Shown here piece after piece: positions 36,903 to 49,504 of a stretch of DNA of 64,000 bases; the first letter of the stretch is position 1; every line of letters begins with the position of its first letter. This stretch comes from Somniosus microcephalus. Taxonomy: Eukaryota. The notes under the pieces are model-generated. The model saw only the letters and a list, made by a program, of their open reading frames with translations. It had not been told where the DNA came from and did no database searches. The translations under genes and the position numbers were made by a program. The stretch covers positions 94,302,001 through 94,366,000 of the forward strand of contig CM126203.1 in NCBI GenBank assembly GCA_052327205.1. Direction: 5' to 3'.

Positions 36903-38015
36903 ATGGGTGGAAACGTTGGGTTTCTCCATTTCATTGAGAGGGCTCAGAGACGCCGAGAGAGAGTGCCAATCATGGCCAGACGGAGGAGGGCCAACAGGCG
37001 TCGGCACAGGAGACCTTACCCTGCCAGGGTATTCCGCCAGCAGTTCTCCTGCCTCAACATGTCTGAGGAGCAGTATATTCAGAGGCTTCGATTCAGCAGG
37101 GAGGTGGTCACTGAGCTCTGCCACCTGCTTCAGCCAGATCTGCAGCCTCAGCTGAGGAACAGGACGTCTCTGTCAGTGGCAGTGAAGGTGACAGTGGCTC
37201 TCAACTTCTATGCCACCGGCTCCTTCCAATCCACTACTGGGGACATTGCCAATGTCTCCCAGTTTGCGGTGCATTGCTGCATCCGCCAAGTCACGAATGC
37301 CCTCTTCAAAAGGAGACGTCAGTACATTTCCTTCCCCATGACCCTGGACAAGCAGCAAGAGCGCGCAATGGGATTTGCAAGAATAGCGGGCTTCCCTATG
37401 GTCCAGGGCGCCATTGACTGCACGCATGTGGCTTTGCGGGCGCCTCAAGAGAATGCCGAGGATTACCGCAACCGGAAGGGGTTCCATTCGTTGAATGTGC
37501 AGTTGGTGTGTGACCACAGACAGCTGATACTAGCTGTCAATGCCCGCTTTCCAGGCAGCAGCCACGACGCCTTCATCCTGCACCAGACTTCTGTGGCAGA
37601 CCTTTTCGAAGCCCCGGCTCACCCAGGAGGGTGGCTTCTCGGGGACAAGGGCTATTCTCTGTGCACCTGGCTGATGACCCTGCTCCATGCGCCCAGTACC
37701 CCTGCTGAAGAACGATACAATGACAGCCATTAAGCGACCAGGAACATCATTGAGCACACAATCTGCGTGCTAAAGCAACGGTTCCGCTGTCTGGACCATT
37801 CCGGGGGAGCCCTTCAGTACTCGCCTGAGCGAGTCTCCCATTTCGTTGTAGTGTGCTGCATGCTGCACAACCTGGCTATCCTCAGGACTCAGCCACTGCC
37901 AGCAGACATTGGAGGACCAGCAGAGGAGGCGGAGGAGGAGGAGGAGCACCAAGACGGGAGGGAGGCACAAAGTGCAAGGGCCGTCCGTCAGCGGCTTATT
38001 GCAAGTTGGTTCTAG
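36903..38015 (+). pseudogene. Harbinger (HARBI1-like) DDE transposase with one in-frame stop
   Basis: GAIDCTHV, NRKGFHSLNVQLVCD, PGSSHDAFIL, LLGDKGY and LKQRFRCLD..CCMLHN; TAA at 37731-37733 is followed by in-frame ATRNIIEHTI. Start codon uncertain. Confidence 0.92.
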
Positions 38016-38858
38016 GCCCCCTCTGAGGGAATGGCTTGTGCCATTGAAAGAACATGAATGGAACGGTTCCGCAAACCCTGGGAGCCGGTCAATGCAACAA
38101 ATAGTTCAAAGAGCAAACATGCACAATCTGAATAAAGACAATTCTTTATTTAACAAACTGTGTGCCCTTCCCGCATGACAAAGTAATACAGAGAAACCCC
38201 CCAAAAAGCAGTCAGACACATAACTGGCTCTCACAACCTGGAGACAATGAACAAAAGAGTTAACAAAAAATGACCACGATCCTCGGCCTTCACTAAAAAA
38301 ATTTACAGCATTTTGCCACACCTCCTACTTTTTGCCCTTCGAGGGTGATCTGCTTCGCTTGCGAGATTGGCCCCTTCCCACCCTGCAGCTCCTCCGCAAT
38401 GGGACCCCAGTGGCTGCAGCAAGGCTGGGGGAAGGCTGCTGAGTGTCAGAAACTGAGTCGGCAGATACCCTTGGGGGACGGCCTGGACAAGCTCTGGGCC
38501 TGGAGGTCCCGGCTGCTGACTGCTCCAACTCTGCATGGGCGGCAGCAGTCTGTCCTACGGGTGGTGGCAGCTGCAGTGGAGGAGTGACAGTGTTGGCAGC
38601 AGGAATGCTGCCATCCTGACAGGGAACAGGCACTCCCTAGTCGGACGACACACTGGCACTCCCACGGGGAAGCACTGCAGCATGCGGTGCAATCTGCTGA
38701 AGCACAGACTGCTGGCCTTCTGCGACGTGGCGAGGGCCCCGGCGACTCATACCCGATGCAGCGAGGGTGGCAGCAGTCAGTGCTTGTGTGGCCTCAATCT
38801 GTGTCTGCATCAGACCAGCCACTGACTGCATTGCACCACTAAGCACTTGCGTGGAAGC

Positions 38859-38950
38859 CGCCTGTGCTGCACCGAAGTCCTGCAGACTCCTTGCCTGTGC
38901 TGCACCGAAGTCCTGCAGACTCCTTGCCTGTGCTGCCCCGAAGTCCTGCT
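38859..38950. repeat. 33-bp tandem repeat (about 2.7 units)
   Basis: gcctgtgctgcaccgaagtcctgcagactcctt repeated. Confidence 0.85.
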
Positions 38951-39689
38951 CCTTGCCAGTGACTCAATGCATTCGGGCATCCTTGCCACTGCAGCCATGA
39001 GCTCAGTGTGCCTCTGCTCCGCCTGGGCGCCCATTTCAGCGAGGAGCCGCACCTCTTCTGCGCTCACTGTAGCAGGACTGGAGGCCAGACTCTCCCTCTG
39101 GGGAGAAGGCCGCCGAGCTTCCCTAACCCCCCCGCGTTACTGCAGCCTGCTGGGCCCCGGAGCTTCACCCTCCTCAGACCCTTCCCCCCTGCTCCCCTCC
39201 AGGGAAGACGTGTCCCCATTATGGCCATGGGCTGCCTTGGCTGAGGGTGGCACTGATGGTCCGGCTTCCTCTTCTTCATCGCCTTCAGAATCACTCACAG
39301 TGGCAGCTTGAGGGCCCGCCTCCTCACCTGGCGATTCACCATCTGAAAGCAGGGAGGTACAAGAGTTGCTTTAGCGTGAAGACAGGGCGGCAGTGAGGGA
39401 GGCTTGAGTGCTGCAATGCACTGTATTGGTGCGATAGTGGCAAAGGATGCTGGTGTGAGGCACAAGTGGAAGGAGAGAGGTCAAAAGGTGATGACCTTAC
39501 CATTGCTGTCCAGAACAGGGTCGGCATCTCCAGTGGCGACGGGGCCAATCATCTGGCCTGCCATAATGCACTGGACTCGCTGCTCCAGATCGCTGAGGTC
39601 TTTAAGGTGAGGCCGGCCTCCCCCGGTCCGTTGCTGCTGCCTCCTATTATGGGCCAGCTTGTCCTGCAAGAGAAAGGACGGGCTCTGAG

Positions 39690-39806
39690 TACAGTGTGAA
39701 GCCCTGATCTTGGCTGCACTGCCTCCCATGGTGGAATAGCCCTTACAGTGTGAAGCCCTGATCTTGGCTGCACTGCCTCCCATGGTCGAATAGCCCTTAC
39801 AGTGTG
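39690..39806. repeat. 54-bp tandem duplication in intron 1 of the Myb-like gene
   Basis: tacagtgtgaagccctgatcttggctgcactgcctcccatggt.gaatagccct twice. Confidence 0.85.
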
Positions 39807-40549
39807 TAAAGTGGTGAATGTGCATGTGAGTTTCATGAAATGCCCATAGGTGTTGGATGAGGGCTGGGCATTGGGGCTTTCAGGACCCTTTGGCCATAAA
39901 GTGAGGTGCACATGCAGGGATGAAGAGGATACTGAAAAGGGTACTCACCCTGACGACCCGAGTGAGGTCGTTGAACTTCTTCCTGCATTGCACAGGGGTC
40001 CTAGGTACCATGCTGCTGGAGGTCACTCTGTGAGCCACCTCCCTCCAAGCTTTGCAGTAGTCGGTGGGCAGCGGCCTCCCGCCACTGTCCAGAAACAGGA
40101 TAGATCGCCTGCACTCCACTGCGCCAACCAGAACCTGCAGGGCCCCCTCAGTGAACCACTGCGCTCGCTCCCTGGCCCTCTCCATGGTCCTAGGCGTTAG
40201 AATGTGGCAGCAGGTCTGTCCAGGCCGAGAATCAGGGCTCCAATGTGCAGGGTGTGGCTGCAATCCAAGATCGACCCTCCCCCTTTAAGAGCTGACCGGC
40301 GCCAGCGTGTCTGCCTGCAATCGCTAACTGGCCGCACCTGCGCTGCGCCCGCCCTCGGTGGTAGTGCCTCGCTTCTCCGGCTTAGCGCCTTAGGACAGTC
40401 ATGCAGCGCCTGCTTTAGCGCTCCAAGCACCTCTTGGGGCGAAGCAGGTCAATTTAGCTGAAGGTGGCGATAATTTGCGCTGGACGCTAAATTTCGCGCC
40501 CGCTCAACTATAACGCTCCAAATGTGGCGATACTGAATTTCTAGGCCAA

Positions 40550-41745
40550 AGTGAGTGGGCAATAAGGTAGCAGATGAAGTATAATGTGGGGAAATGTGAG
40601 GTTATTCACTTTGGTAGGAAGAATAGCAAAACAGAATATTTTTTCAATGGTGAGAAACTATTAAATGTGTTCAGAGAGATTTAGGTGTCCTCGTACAGGG
40701 AACACAGAAAGTTAACATGCAGGTACAGCAAGCTAAATGAGGCAAATGGCCTGTTTGCCTTTATTGAAGGGGGTTGGAGTACAAGAGTAAGGAAGTGTTA
40801 CTACAATTGTACAGGGCTTTGGTGAGACCACGCCTGGAGTACTGTGCACATTGTTCACCTTATCTGAGGAAGGACATACTTGCCTTAGAGGCGGTGCAAC
40901 GAAGGTTCACTAGATTGATCCCTGGGATGAGAGGGTTGTCCTATGAGGAGCGAATGAGTAGATTGGGCCTATTTAAATGGTGAGAAACTTTTAAATGTTG
41001 GGTGATAAGAGAGATTTGGGTGTTCAGAGAGAGTTGGGTGTCCTCATGCAAGAAACACAGAAAGCTAGCATGCAGGTACAGCAAGCAATAGGAAGGCAAA
41101 TGGCATGTTGGCCTTTATTGCAAGGGGGTTGGAGTATAAGAGTAAGGAAGTCTTGCTACAATTGTACAGGGCCTTGGTGAGACCACACCTGGAGTACTGT
41201 GCACAGTTTTGGTCTCCTTATCTAAGGAAGGATATACTTGCCTTGGAGGCGGTGCAATGAAGGTTCACTAGATTGATTCCTGGGATGAGAGGGTTGTCCT
41301 ATGATGAGAGATTGTGTAGAATGGGCCGATACTCTCTGGAGTTTAGAAGAATGAGAGGTGATCTCATTGCAACATACAAGATTCTGAAGGAGATTGACAG
41401 GGTAGATGCTGAGAGGTTATTTCCCCTGGAGAGCCTAGAACTAGGGGGCATAGTCTCAGGATAAGAGGTCAGCCGTTTAAGACTGAGATGAGGAGGAATT
41501 TCTTCACTCAAAAGGTTATGAATCTTTGGAATTCTCTACCCCAAAGGGTTTTGGATGCTGAATCGTTGAGTGTATTCAAGACTGAGGTCGATAGATTTTT
41601 GGACTCTCGGGGAATCGAGGGATATGGGGATTGGGCGGGAAAGTAGAGTTGAGGTTGAAGATCAGCTATGATCTTATTGAATGACGGAACAGGCTTGAAG
41701 GGCTGTATGGTCTACTCCTGCTCCTAATTCTTATGTTCTTATGTT
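40550..41745 (+). mobile_element. CR1 3' fragments with a repeated ~340-bp segment
   Basis: aatggtgagaaact..atgcaggtacagcaagc..gagtactgtgcaca..gagggttgtcctatga occurs at about 40645-40965 and again at 40975-41320; ttatgttcttatgt tail. Confidence 0.88.
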
Positions 41746-41864
41746 TATTATAACCACACTTCTACTTGAGCTAACCTGCCAACTTTTTTAAGCATTCTTT
41801 TTAAATAAGTTTGGAGAACGAGCAATTAATGTAGCTTTCACTGACAATACTGAAGAGAAACAAT

Positions 41865-42580
41865 GGCCCAGATTTTGCAGTAAAAATAATAGTGAGGCTA
41901 ACAGCACTCACTGTTATTGAAGAGTAAATCGGACAACAACATCTGACGACCGCACATGTGCAGTTAAACACGGATCAGGAAATTGTTCTCCAAGTTGCCC
42001 TGCTCTCCCATAAGCTGTGCTATGCAGGTATCTCGCCAAGAGACTTAGCATTGAAACACATGGAACAGCGTGAGGTTGCTGTACTTACCCACTAGTTACC
42101 CACTAAACGCGGCAGAAAGTTAGGGCTTGTCCATTCAAGTGTAAGTGAATCTTTAACGCATGATATGTCTTAATTACTGCCAAACAATTCTGGCACTAAA
42201 AATGAACTTTTACAAAGGTGGCGTCTCATTCCTTCAGATTTTAATTATTGTTGGAAATTTTTAAAAATTAAAATAAAACTTTTTTTACTTTTTCTTTTTG
42301 TTTCTTTTATCTCCTCTTTCTCTCTCTTAATCCCATCTTTCTTTCCCTCTTTATTTTGCTTTCTGTACATGGTTTAACATTGAATTAATTATTCAATCTG
42401 CACATCCTGGTTTAGACTCTGCATGTCTCAGTAAGGATTCTTCAATCTGATTGGTTAAAGAGACACACCCACCCTGTTCACACAGGTCCCAGATCCCCTG
42501 TAGAGGGCGTTGTGCTGTTTTGACTCTAAGAATGGCACGTTCCAGTGCAAAAGCCCACAGAAAGTCTGTGGGCAAGTGTA
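41865..42580. mobile_element. Non-autonomous TIR element, same family as 15227-21432 in the opposite orientation
   Basis: ggcccagattttgc terminus; tctcagt..ctgattggttaaagagacacac resembles the reverse complement of 15380-15420. Confidence 0.55.
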
Positions 42581-43212
42581 AGTGTACTGAACCGCTTCAC
42601 CTGCAAAATCTATATTTGATAAAGTGCAAGGTTGCTTTTATGTTTTTTTCATTTATTTCTGTTTTGCTCTTGCACACAGGTTACTTATTTTAGCTGAATG
42701 CTTATTCTTAGTTGGCTGGGCATCCAAAACCACCTGTGATTCAAGAACAAATAATGCCAAACACAAGACAAAAGGCATTTAGTTCACAAAATCACAAGTT
42801 GCAAATGGATCTTTATGGCAGCTACTTGACATGCAGGAGTCTACTTCTCTTAAATTCTCATAACTACTGTAAGCACAAACTTTCCCCGAGTCCATAATTT
42901 TCACTTTTTTATTCGCAAAATTTTTCGTGCACAAATTAAATAGGACTGAGAATATAATAGACTGAAAGCAAAGTACAATGGAATCTCACCACTGCACTGT
43001 GTGCAGGAGCCTTAGAAAAATGTTATAGGAAGTGTGTTTTATTTCACGATGCTGCCTGACCTGTTGAGTGTTTCCAGCATTTTCTGATGTTATTTCTGAT
43101 TTCCAGCATCTGCAGTATTTTGCTATCGTATTAGCGTTTGGTTCACTGCCACATTTGAAGAAGTTCTGCTCTTTGACGGGATTTCCATTTGTCTCTTCAT
43201 TTCCCTAACTGA

Positions 43213-43962
43213 AGTCCAACACCGCCTTCAGTGTACCAGTGCAGCCTTCGGTCGCCTGAGGAAGAGAGTGTTTGAAGACCAGGACCTCAAACCCGGCACT
43301 AAGCTCATGGTCTACAGAGCAGCAGTGATACCCGCCCTGCTGTATGCCTCAGAGACATGGACCATGTACAGCAGGCACCTCAAAGCACTGGAGAGGTATC
43401 ACCAACGCTGCCTCCGCAAGATCCTGCAAATCCATTGGCAGGATAGGTGCACCAACGTCAGTGTTTTTGCTCAGGCCAACATCCCCAGCATCGAAGCTCT
43501 GACCACGCTCGATCAGCTCTGATGGATGGGTCACATTGTCCGCATGCCCGATACGAGACTCCCAAAACAAGCGCTCTACTCGGAGCTCCGGCACGGCAAG
43601 AGAGCCCCAGGTGGGCAAAGGAAACGCTTCAAGGACACCCTCAAAGCCTCCTTGAAAAAGTGTAACATCCCCACCGACACCTGGGAATCCCTGGCCCAAG
43701 ACCGCACAAAGTAGAGGAGAAGCATCTGGGAAGGCGCCGAACACCTCGAGTCTCTTCGCCAGGAGCAATCAGAAGCCAAGCGCAAGGAGCACAACGAGCA
43801 CATGTCAACCCAAGCACCCCACCCACCCGCTCCTTCAACCACCGTCTGCCCCACCTGTGACAGAGACTGTAGGTCCCGCATTGGACTCATCAGTCACCTG
43901 CAAACTCATTTTTAATGTGGAAGCAAGTCATCCTCAGTTCCGAGGGACTGCCTAAGAAGAGA
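43213..43962 (+). mobile_element. RTE-clade LINE 3' fragment
   Basis: TKLMVYRAAVIPALLYASETW..FHQRCLR-like ERYHQRCLRKIL, GHIVRMPDTRLPKQALYSEL..GGQRKRFKDTLK, C-terminal CPTC..H zinc finger, aagaag tail. Confidence 0.9.
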
Positions 43963-43964
43963 AC

Positions 43965-44070
43965 CTTTTCCAGTTCTGACGAAGGGTCATCAACCTGAAA
44001 CGTTAACTCTGTTTCCCTCTCCACGATGCTGCCAGACCTGCTGAGTGTTTCCAGCATTTTCTGTTGTTAT
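43965..44070 (+). repeat. Penelope-associated repeat containing a minimal hammerhead ribozyme-like motif
   Basis: agtt-CTGACGA-agg..cct-GAAACGTT-aact at 43972-44008; related repeat pieces without the core at about 4365-4410, 21905-22075 and 43048-43125. Confidence 0.55.
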
Positions 44071-45359
44071 TAGTGTTTTATATGGCATGTTTTTGTCAGA
44101 GGAACTTATAAACAGATCGCGATGTCAAAGAAGTATAGTTAGGAATTTGATCTATTTTTATGTTAGAGCGGCGATGTCGCTCTGTACGAAGTGTAGGTGG
44201 AATTGGGGTTCCAGACCGCGCAGAGTCCTGTTTATGTCCCTGGCTTCTGCCTGACAGGAACACTGCACATACCTGAATGCATACACGGGCAAATATGTCT
44301 AAAAAGTTAGAAATGTAAATGTTGAGAGTGTGTAGGAATAATCTGGCTTTCTAAAGATCTTAATTTAAAGTCAGATAGGTTTAAGATGTCTCCAGAGAGC
44401 TCCAATGGATCCCTGAGCATTTTGTCAACCAAGTTTAACACGATAAAGAAAGTTAGACTGACACCACTACTGTTTTAACTCTATAGGGAGTATATTTGAT
44501 TTTATACTCCATACAGCCTCAAACAGGAGGTGTGAGACTATCCCTTCAGGGACTCTCACTCCACTTCACTTTGGCGTCAGATCAGGCCCCAACTTCAGAT
44601 TTACACTACCAATTTAGTGTCAACGTGAAGCTGAAAGTGTTTTGAACCAACAGTAAATTGCAATGTAATGCACCCTTAGTTTCTGCTGGTGGCACTGCTG
44701 AGAGTAGTGTCTTCTACAAGCTCAATAGCACCACCAGCAGCTACTTGGTTGCAGTGCATCTGTTTGCAAAGTGCGTAATATTCTTTATATGTTATTTAAA
44801 AATACATTTATACAGTGATTTTTTTAAAGTTTAAAAATGTGGAACTTAATGGGCTGTGGAAACTAATGGGGCTATAGTGCTTTTATAGTTTGATTTATGC
44901 ATATTCAATTCTGAGTAAAACCAACAAATTGGAAATACATAATTGTAACTAATTTAACAAAACGTACTTTTATTGTTAATGCTCTTCCCAAAATAATATT
45001 TTAAAATGTTAAGTTGGAAGATTCTTTTTGGAGAACATGTTAATTACTGTATCATATTATTGAAAATGTAAAATTGTTAACACTTCTTCAACAAATTGTT
45101 TTTTAAAAATGATGTAATAAGACTTGTAAATCCTATTACTTCATATTATTAATGGGAGGCAATTCTGCTGCTTACAGATAGTGTATGAAATACAAGTGTT
45201 CATTTGTCCCAACAAATTGTGCATTGTAACACAATGAAAATTGTGGGGTTTAAAGATGTGTCTGAGAACCACTCACTGTGTCCACTCACAAGTGGTTTAA
45301 CCATTTTGACAGTAACTCACCATATGTAATTGAGAAACTCAACAAAATTAAATTCTGAG

Positions 45360-45700
45360 GTTCCAGTGGTTTGACAAGTGAGTTGCTGAGCCGTACAGAC
45401 GAGGGAGATCCCAGGTTCAGTCCTAGGAGTGTGCTGAGGTAACTCATTTCAGCCAGGGTCAGTGGTAAAAATGCTAACAGTTGGCTTCAGCAGTGTCTGC
45501 TGGAAGTGTGTGTGTGTAGACATTGTGTGAGAACAGGATTGAGTTCAGCTTTAATATCCCTTTCAAACAGCTTGCACTTCACAAACCTAGGCTTATATAT
45601 GAAGAATGGTCATTTTGACAAGATAGCAGAAGGCAAGAGGCAGCATGTGAAACAGGAGCCCAGCAAAAGGCCAACATATTCAGGAGAGGGAGGGAGCGAA
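45360..45700 (+). mobile_element. Old SINE-like repeat (family of 3605-3965)
   Basis: ccgtacagac..cccaggttcagtcc head, ctgctggaagtgtgtgtg and tgaagaatggtca motifs. Confidence 0.55.
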
Positions 45701-46056
45701 ACCGAGGAGCAAAGTTAGGAGGAATAAAAAGTAAGAAAGTAAAGGTAAATATTAGAGGAAGGAAAAATATGGAAGAAAAAGCAAAAGTGAAAGAAAAGAA
45801 TCACAAACAGCAAATATGAAAATCTATAAGGAGTAATAAAAGATTGGGGAGAGAGAATAAGGTACACATTTATTTAAATCTCTATGTGTGGGAATGAAAA
45901 TATGGCGAGCAAAGTATGGAAGTAATCTCTTTATTACTATCATGTTTTTGGTCGTAACTCACTTTGCCTTATAAGTAAGAGTGGCTAGAAACTGTTTTGG
46001 GAAATTTCCTCCAAAACGGGAAGAAGGTTAGTTCCACCAGTGTTTACTTTGTATTA

Positions 46057-46503
46057 GAAAGAAAGACTTGCATTTATATAGCGCCTTTCACGACCACCGG
46101 ACGTCTCAAAGCGCTTTACAGCCAATGAAGTACTTTTGAAGTGGAGTCACTGTTGTAATGTGGGAAACGCGGCAGCCAATTTGCGCACAGCAAGGTCCCA
46201 CAAACAGCAATGTGATAATGACCAGATAATCTGTTTTTGTTATGTTGGTTGAGGGATAAATATTGGCCAGGACACCAGGGATAACTTCCCTGCTCTTCTT
46301 CGAAATGGTGCCATGGGATCTTTTACGTCCACCTGAGAGAGCAGACGGGGCCTCGGTTTAACATCTCATCCGAAAGACGGCACCTCCGACAGTGTACTGG
46401 AGTGTTAGCCTAGCTTTATGTGCTCAAGTCTCTGGAGTGGGGACTTGAACCCACAACCTTCTTACTCAGAGGCAAGTGTGCTACCCACTGAGCCACAGCT
46501 GAC
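46057..46503 (-). mobile_element. Deu-domain SINE, full length and well preserved
   Basis: Near-complete reverse complement of 5286-5712. Confidence 0.85.
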
Positions 46504-48841
46504 AGTACATTATATTATAACAGAACCAGTAGTTATTTCACATGCAAGTGTCTGTGTTGCCATTTTGAATGTACCTCCTAGTTGAATCATACTTTGTAAT
46601 AATATGAGAGACTATACTTTCAGCAGGTCAGTTTTCTTATGGTATAAATGATCACTATAAAATGTATTTAACTGCAAACAGGCTTTTTAATAGACACAAT
46701 AGGGTTGAATGTTGATTCTTAGCAACATGCAGAATTTATAATGTGTTGCTTAAACAGAACAAAGCTATTTAATAAAAATATCCAGAATAAAGCAAACATT
46801 TACTAAAGTACCATCCACCCATATTAATCTGTTCCTAAAGATTACAAAGCTTCCACAGGGGAATTGTTTACAAGAGAATGTACTTTTACAAATATTTAAA
46901 TGTTAATACTCGAATTACAGAAAACAAGAATTTATTTAGTTTAAGTAGATCTAATTGCAAACCAAGGTGTTCTGTGTGCTCAGTATTATTACACTCCACC
47001 CTCACTATAATGCAATCCTCTGGAGATAAGCATTTTGCATGTTGTAATGTGAAAAAATCAACTGCGAGGATTTTGTGGCCTTGTAACATTGAGAATGCAA
47101 ATTTTTATTAACAATGCAGAGCAAAAATAGCCACAAAATCTGTAGTGAACAGTTCAAATCATACGTGAAAAGGTATAATTTTCTGTCTAGGCACGGGGAA
47201 AAAATAAAAAATTTATATGCAAACAATATATTAAGAGTTGTACATGCTTGTGATTTACGTACTGGAAAATGGCTGCTCCTTTAAATCACAATATCTCTTG
47301 ATGAGACAGGAAACTGTTCCTAAACTGAGTTATACTGAAACTGGTGTGAACCCACATTGTGTGATCAGGCCTCAAAGGTGGGGGTCTCTATACTTGACGT
47401 TCATGTGCGATCTAATGCCACATGATGCTGCTCCTTTTACATCAGTGCACACCCAAACTACTTCGCATCAGAACAAAACTGACCGTATAACTGCAGTCTT
47501 GGTCTTTATTTTTAATTACTTTCACTCATTTTTAAAATGATAAGCTGGACACTGTGCTGAGTGAAGCCTAGGGCTTGTATAGTGGTAGCGGGTAATAGGA
47601 ATATCCACTGGTGAACAATTAGAAGATAGATTGCTGCTGCTTTCTACTGTTTTAGTAAGAACTCAATTTGAAAAGCCCTCAGCAATTCCCTTGGTTCACT
47701 GTGTACAGGCACTGCTTTCGAAGAGCCATGCACAGCAGAAAGGTCCACAGTTTAATTCCTGCCCTGCGTTGAGTTAGCCATTCTCAGCTGAGTCACGACA
47801 ATTGGCCCTGATGTTCCCCGAGTTGAGAAGAGTCAGCCAGATTTCCCATTTCATTTGACTTCCTGCTGAAAATTGTGTGATACCTCATGGTGGAATAGCC
47901 CATCAAGACTTCATGTCCAATCACACACATGAAGCATAGTTGCTTGTGTGAGGTACCAAATGGCTGGCACCACCCAGCAATCATGTTTCAATATGAATTG
48001 CCACCTTCAAACAAGGGGTAAAAGGAAAATTGGGTTTTTCTATTTTCTCATACCGTCAATGATATTCCTGCATTTTTCATCTGAAAAGAGGAATACCATC
48101 AACAAATGGAGGGATGAGACAGCTGGCCCATGAAGTATGAACTGTTTGATTTTCTTCAACAGTTAAAAGAAAAGTGGTTTTGAATTTGCATCCTGCTCCA
48201 GTTGTGTTCAAAAGATTTTTTTAAACCCAGATAAAGATGGTGGGGTTTTATTGGCCCTTATTTACACTTCCTAAGAGCCAATATCAGCATTAGACAACAA
48301 TTTCTACTGACTTGCGGCAATTAACAATCTGTGGATATAAACAGCAGGTCAAGTAACTATCCAGAATGCAATGGCCACCAATACAAATGGATTTATTCAG
48401 CAGATGCCAGATGAGCCCATTGCTACATCAGCAGTATTGAGACTGCCGACTTAAAATTGCACACCCATCTCTTCTCCCCCACTCTGCCAAACCCCCTGCT
48501 GCAGCCAGGTTGTCTTTATACATGTACCCATTTAGCCCACAGGCAAAAGCAAGGACTAAATGTGGACATTGAGCAGGAGTAAACTCCTCTTACAGATTTT
48601 CACCAGCCTGTGCTCATAGGGAAAATGTGGAATAGAAAAACTGATGTGTCCTGTGAAATAAGACTATTCACAATCTGCATGTGCAAAGAGAGCAAGCAGG
48701 GAGCTGAACACATATAGATTGCAAATCTCTCTCCTTCATTCATGCAGAAGGTAATGTAACTCATAGTGTTATAACAGAGTGCATTGTAATGAGGGCGTGA
48801 TGTATAATCAATGAAAAAGCCTTACACATCTCAATCTGCAA

Positions 48842-49504
48842 TTACTTTTCAGCAATGGTTGACGGAGTGATCACATTGTATTCAGCCTGAACAAGCACAA
48901 AGCTGTTTTCACGTATCTTTCTGACATGCACCAGCTCACCACTCTCTCCCACACTGATGATGCTGCTGTCGGGATCCCGGAAGGACACTTCTGTGCGTTT
49001 TCGACAGTGTTGGGAAAGAAGATGGCGTAACCCTACTGCTAGCACCATCCCGAGAGCAGCAGAGCAACCCAGCAGGATTCCGAGTTGAGGAACGCCCAGC
49101 TCTGCTCCTTTAGCAGGACTATCTCCTCTACCTGCGCCACTTTCTTTCTGTGCCGGTCGAGTTACCCTGAGAGACGTGTTTCTGACCACTTTACCCAAAT
49201 CGGCTCTGGAACCCGAGTTTTCTGCCAACTGCAGGAAGTTTGCTGAAGCAGGGTGTGTTGCCAGTTGGTTTTCCGTGAGTGTTGGATTTACATCCTCTAA
49301 GTTTGGAAATAGTCCAGAGCCCAGAATCATTTTTCCTGCTAGGTTTTTAGTATCTTGCATATCCATTGGCACCCACTCCGTTTCCTCACCTGGAGTGAAG
49401 TCAGCAAACCAGAAGGTAGAATCATCTTGTCCAGTTATTATTGGCAAAGAAATTGCTCCTGAAGATCCTGAACCAACAATTTTAGAAGTGGTCCAAGTGT
49501 TGAC
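48842..49504 (-). CDS. REELD1: Reeler domain-containing protein 1-like, terminal coding exon (TM helix and cytoplasmic tail)
   Basis: PQLGILLGCSAALGMVLAVGLR..TEVSF..VHVRKIRENSFVLVQAEYN.ITPS matches my recollection of the REELD1 C-terminus; phase-0 acceptor ttttattttaaag|GTC at 49504; convergent with SLC10A7 as in mammals. Confidence 0.85.
   Translation of the reverse strand, partial: VNTWTTSKIVGSGSSGAISLPIITGQDDSTFWFADFTPGEETEWVPMDMQDTKNLAGKMILGSGLFPNLEDVNPTLTENQLATHPASANFLQLAENSGSRADLGKVVRNTSLRVTRPAQKESGAGRGDSPAKGAELGVPQLGILLGCSAALGMVLAVGLRHLLSQHCRKRTEVSFRDPDSSIISVGESGELVHVRKIRENSFVLVQAEYNVITPSTIAEK

Larger units (their letters stand above)
38325..40185 (-). pseudogene. Harbinger Myb/SANT-like DNA-binding partner gene (3 exons, degenerate)
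   Basis: Exon 1 40185-39949 (MERARERAQWFTEGALQVLV..WREVAHRV..RTPVQCRKKFNDL, GTGAGT donor), exon 2 39663-39501 (DKLAHNRR..TGGG, GTAAGG donor), exon 3 from 39342; phases compatible; exon 3 carries a stop and frameshifts. Confidence 0.82.
36402..40547 (+). mobile_element. PIF/Harbinger DNA transposon, two-gene autonomous type, now defective
   Basis: Imperfect TIRs gggggagaaattcagt / actgaatttctaggcc; convergent transposase and Myb/SANT genes; GC-rich subterminal regions; no clean TSD. Confidence 0.88.

Noticed and set aside
36852-38015. Host HARBI1 gene
   Set aside because: It lies between TIRs with a Myb partner gene and has a premature stop, so it is a transposon copy.
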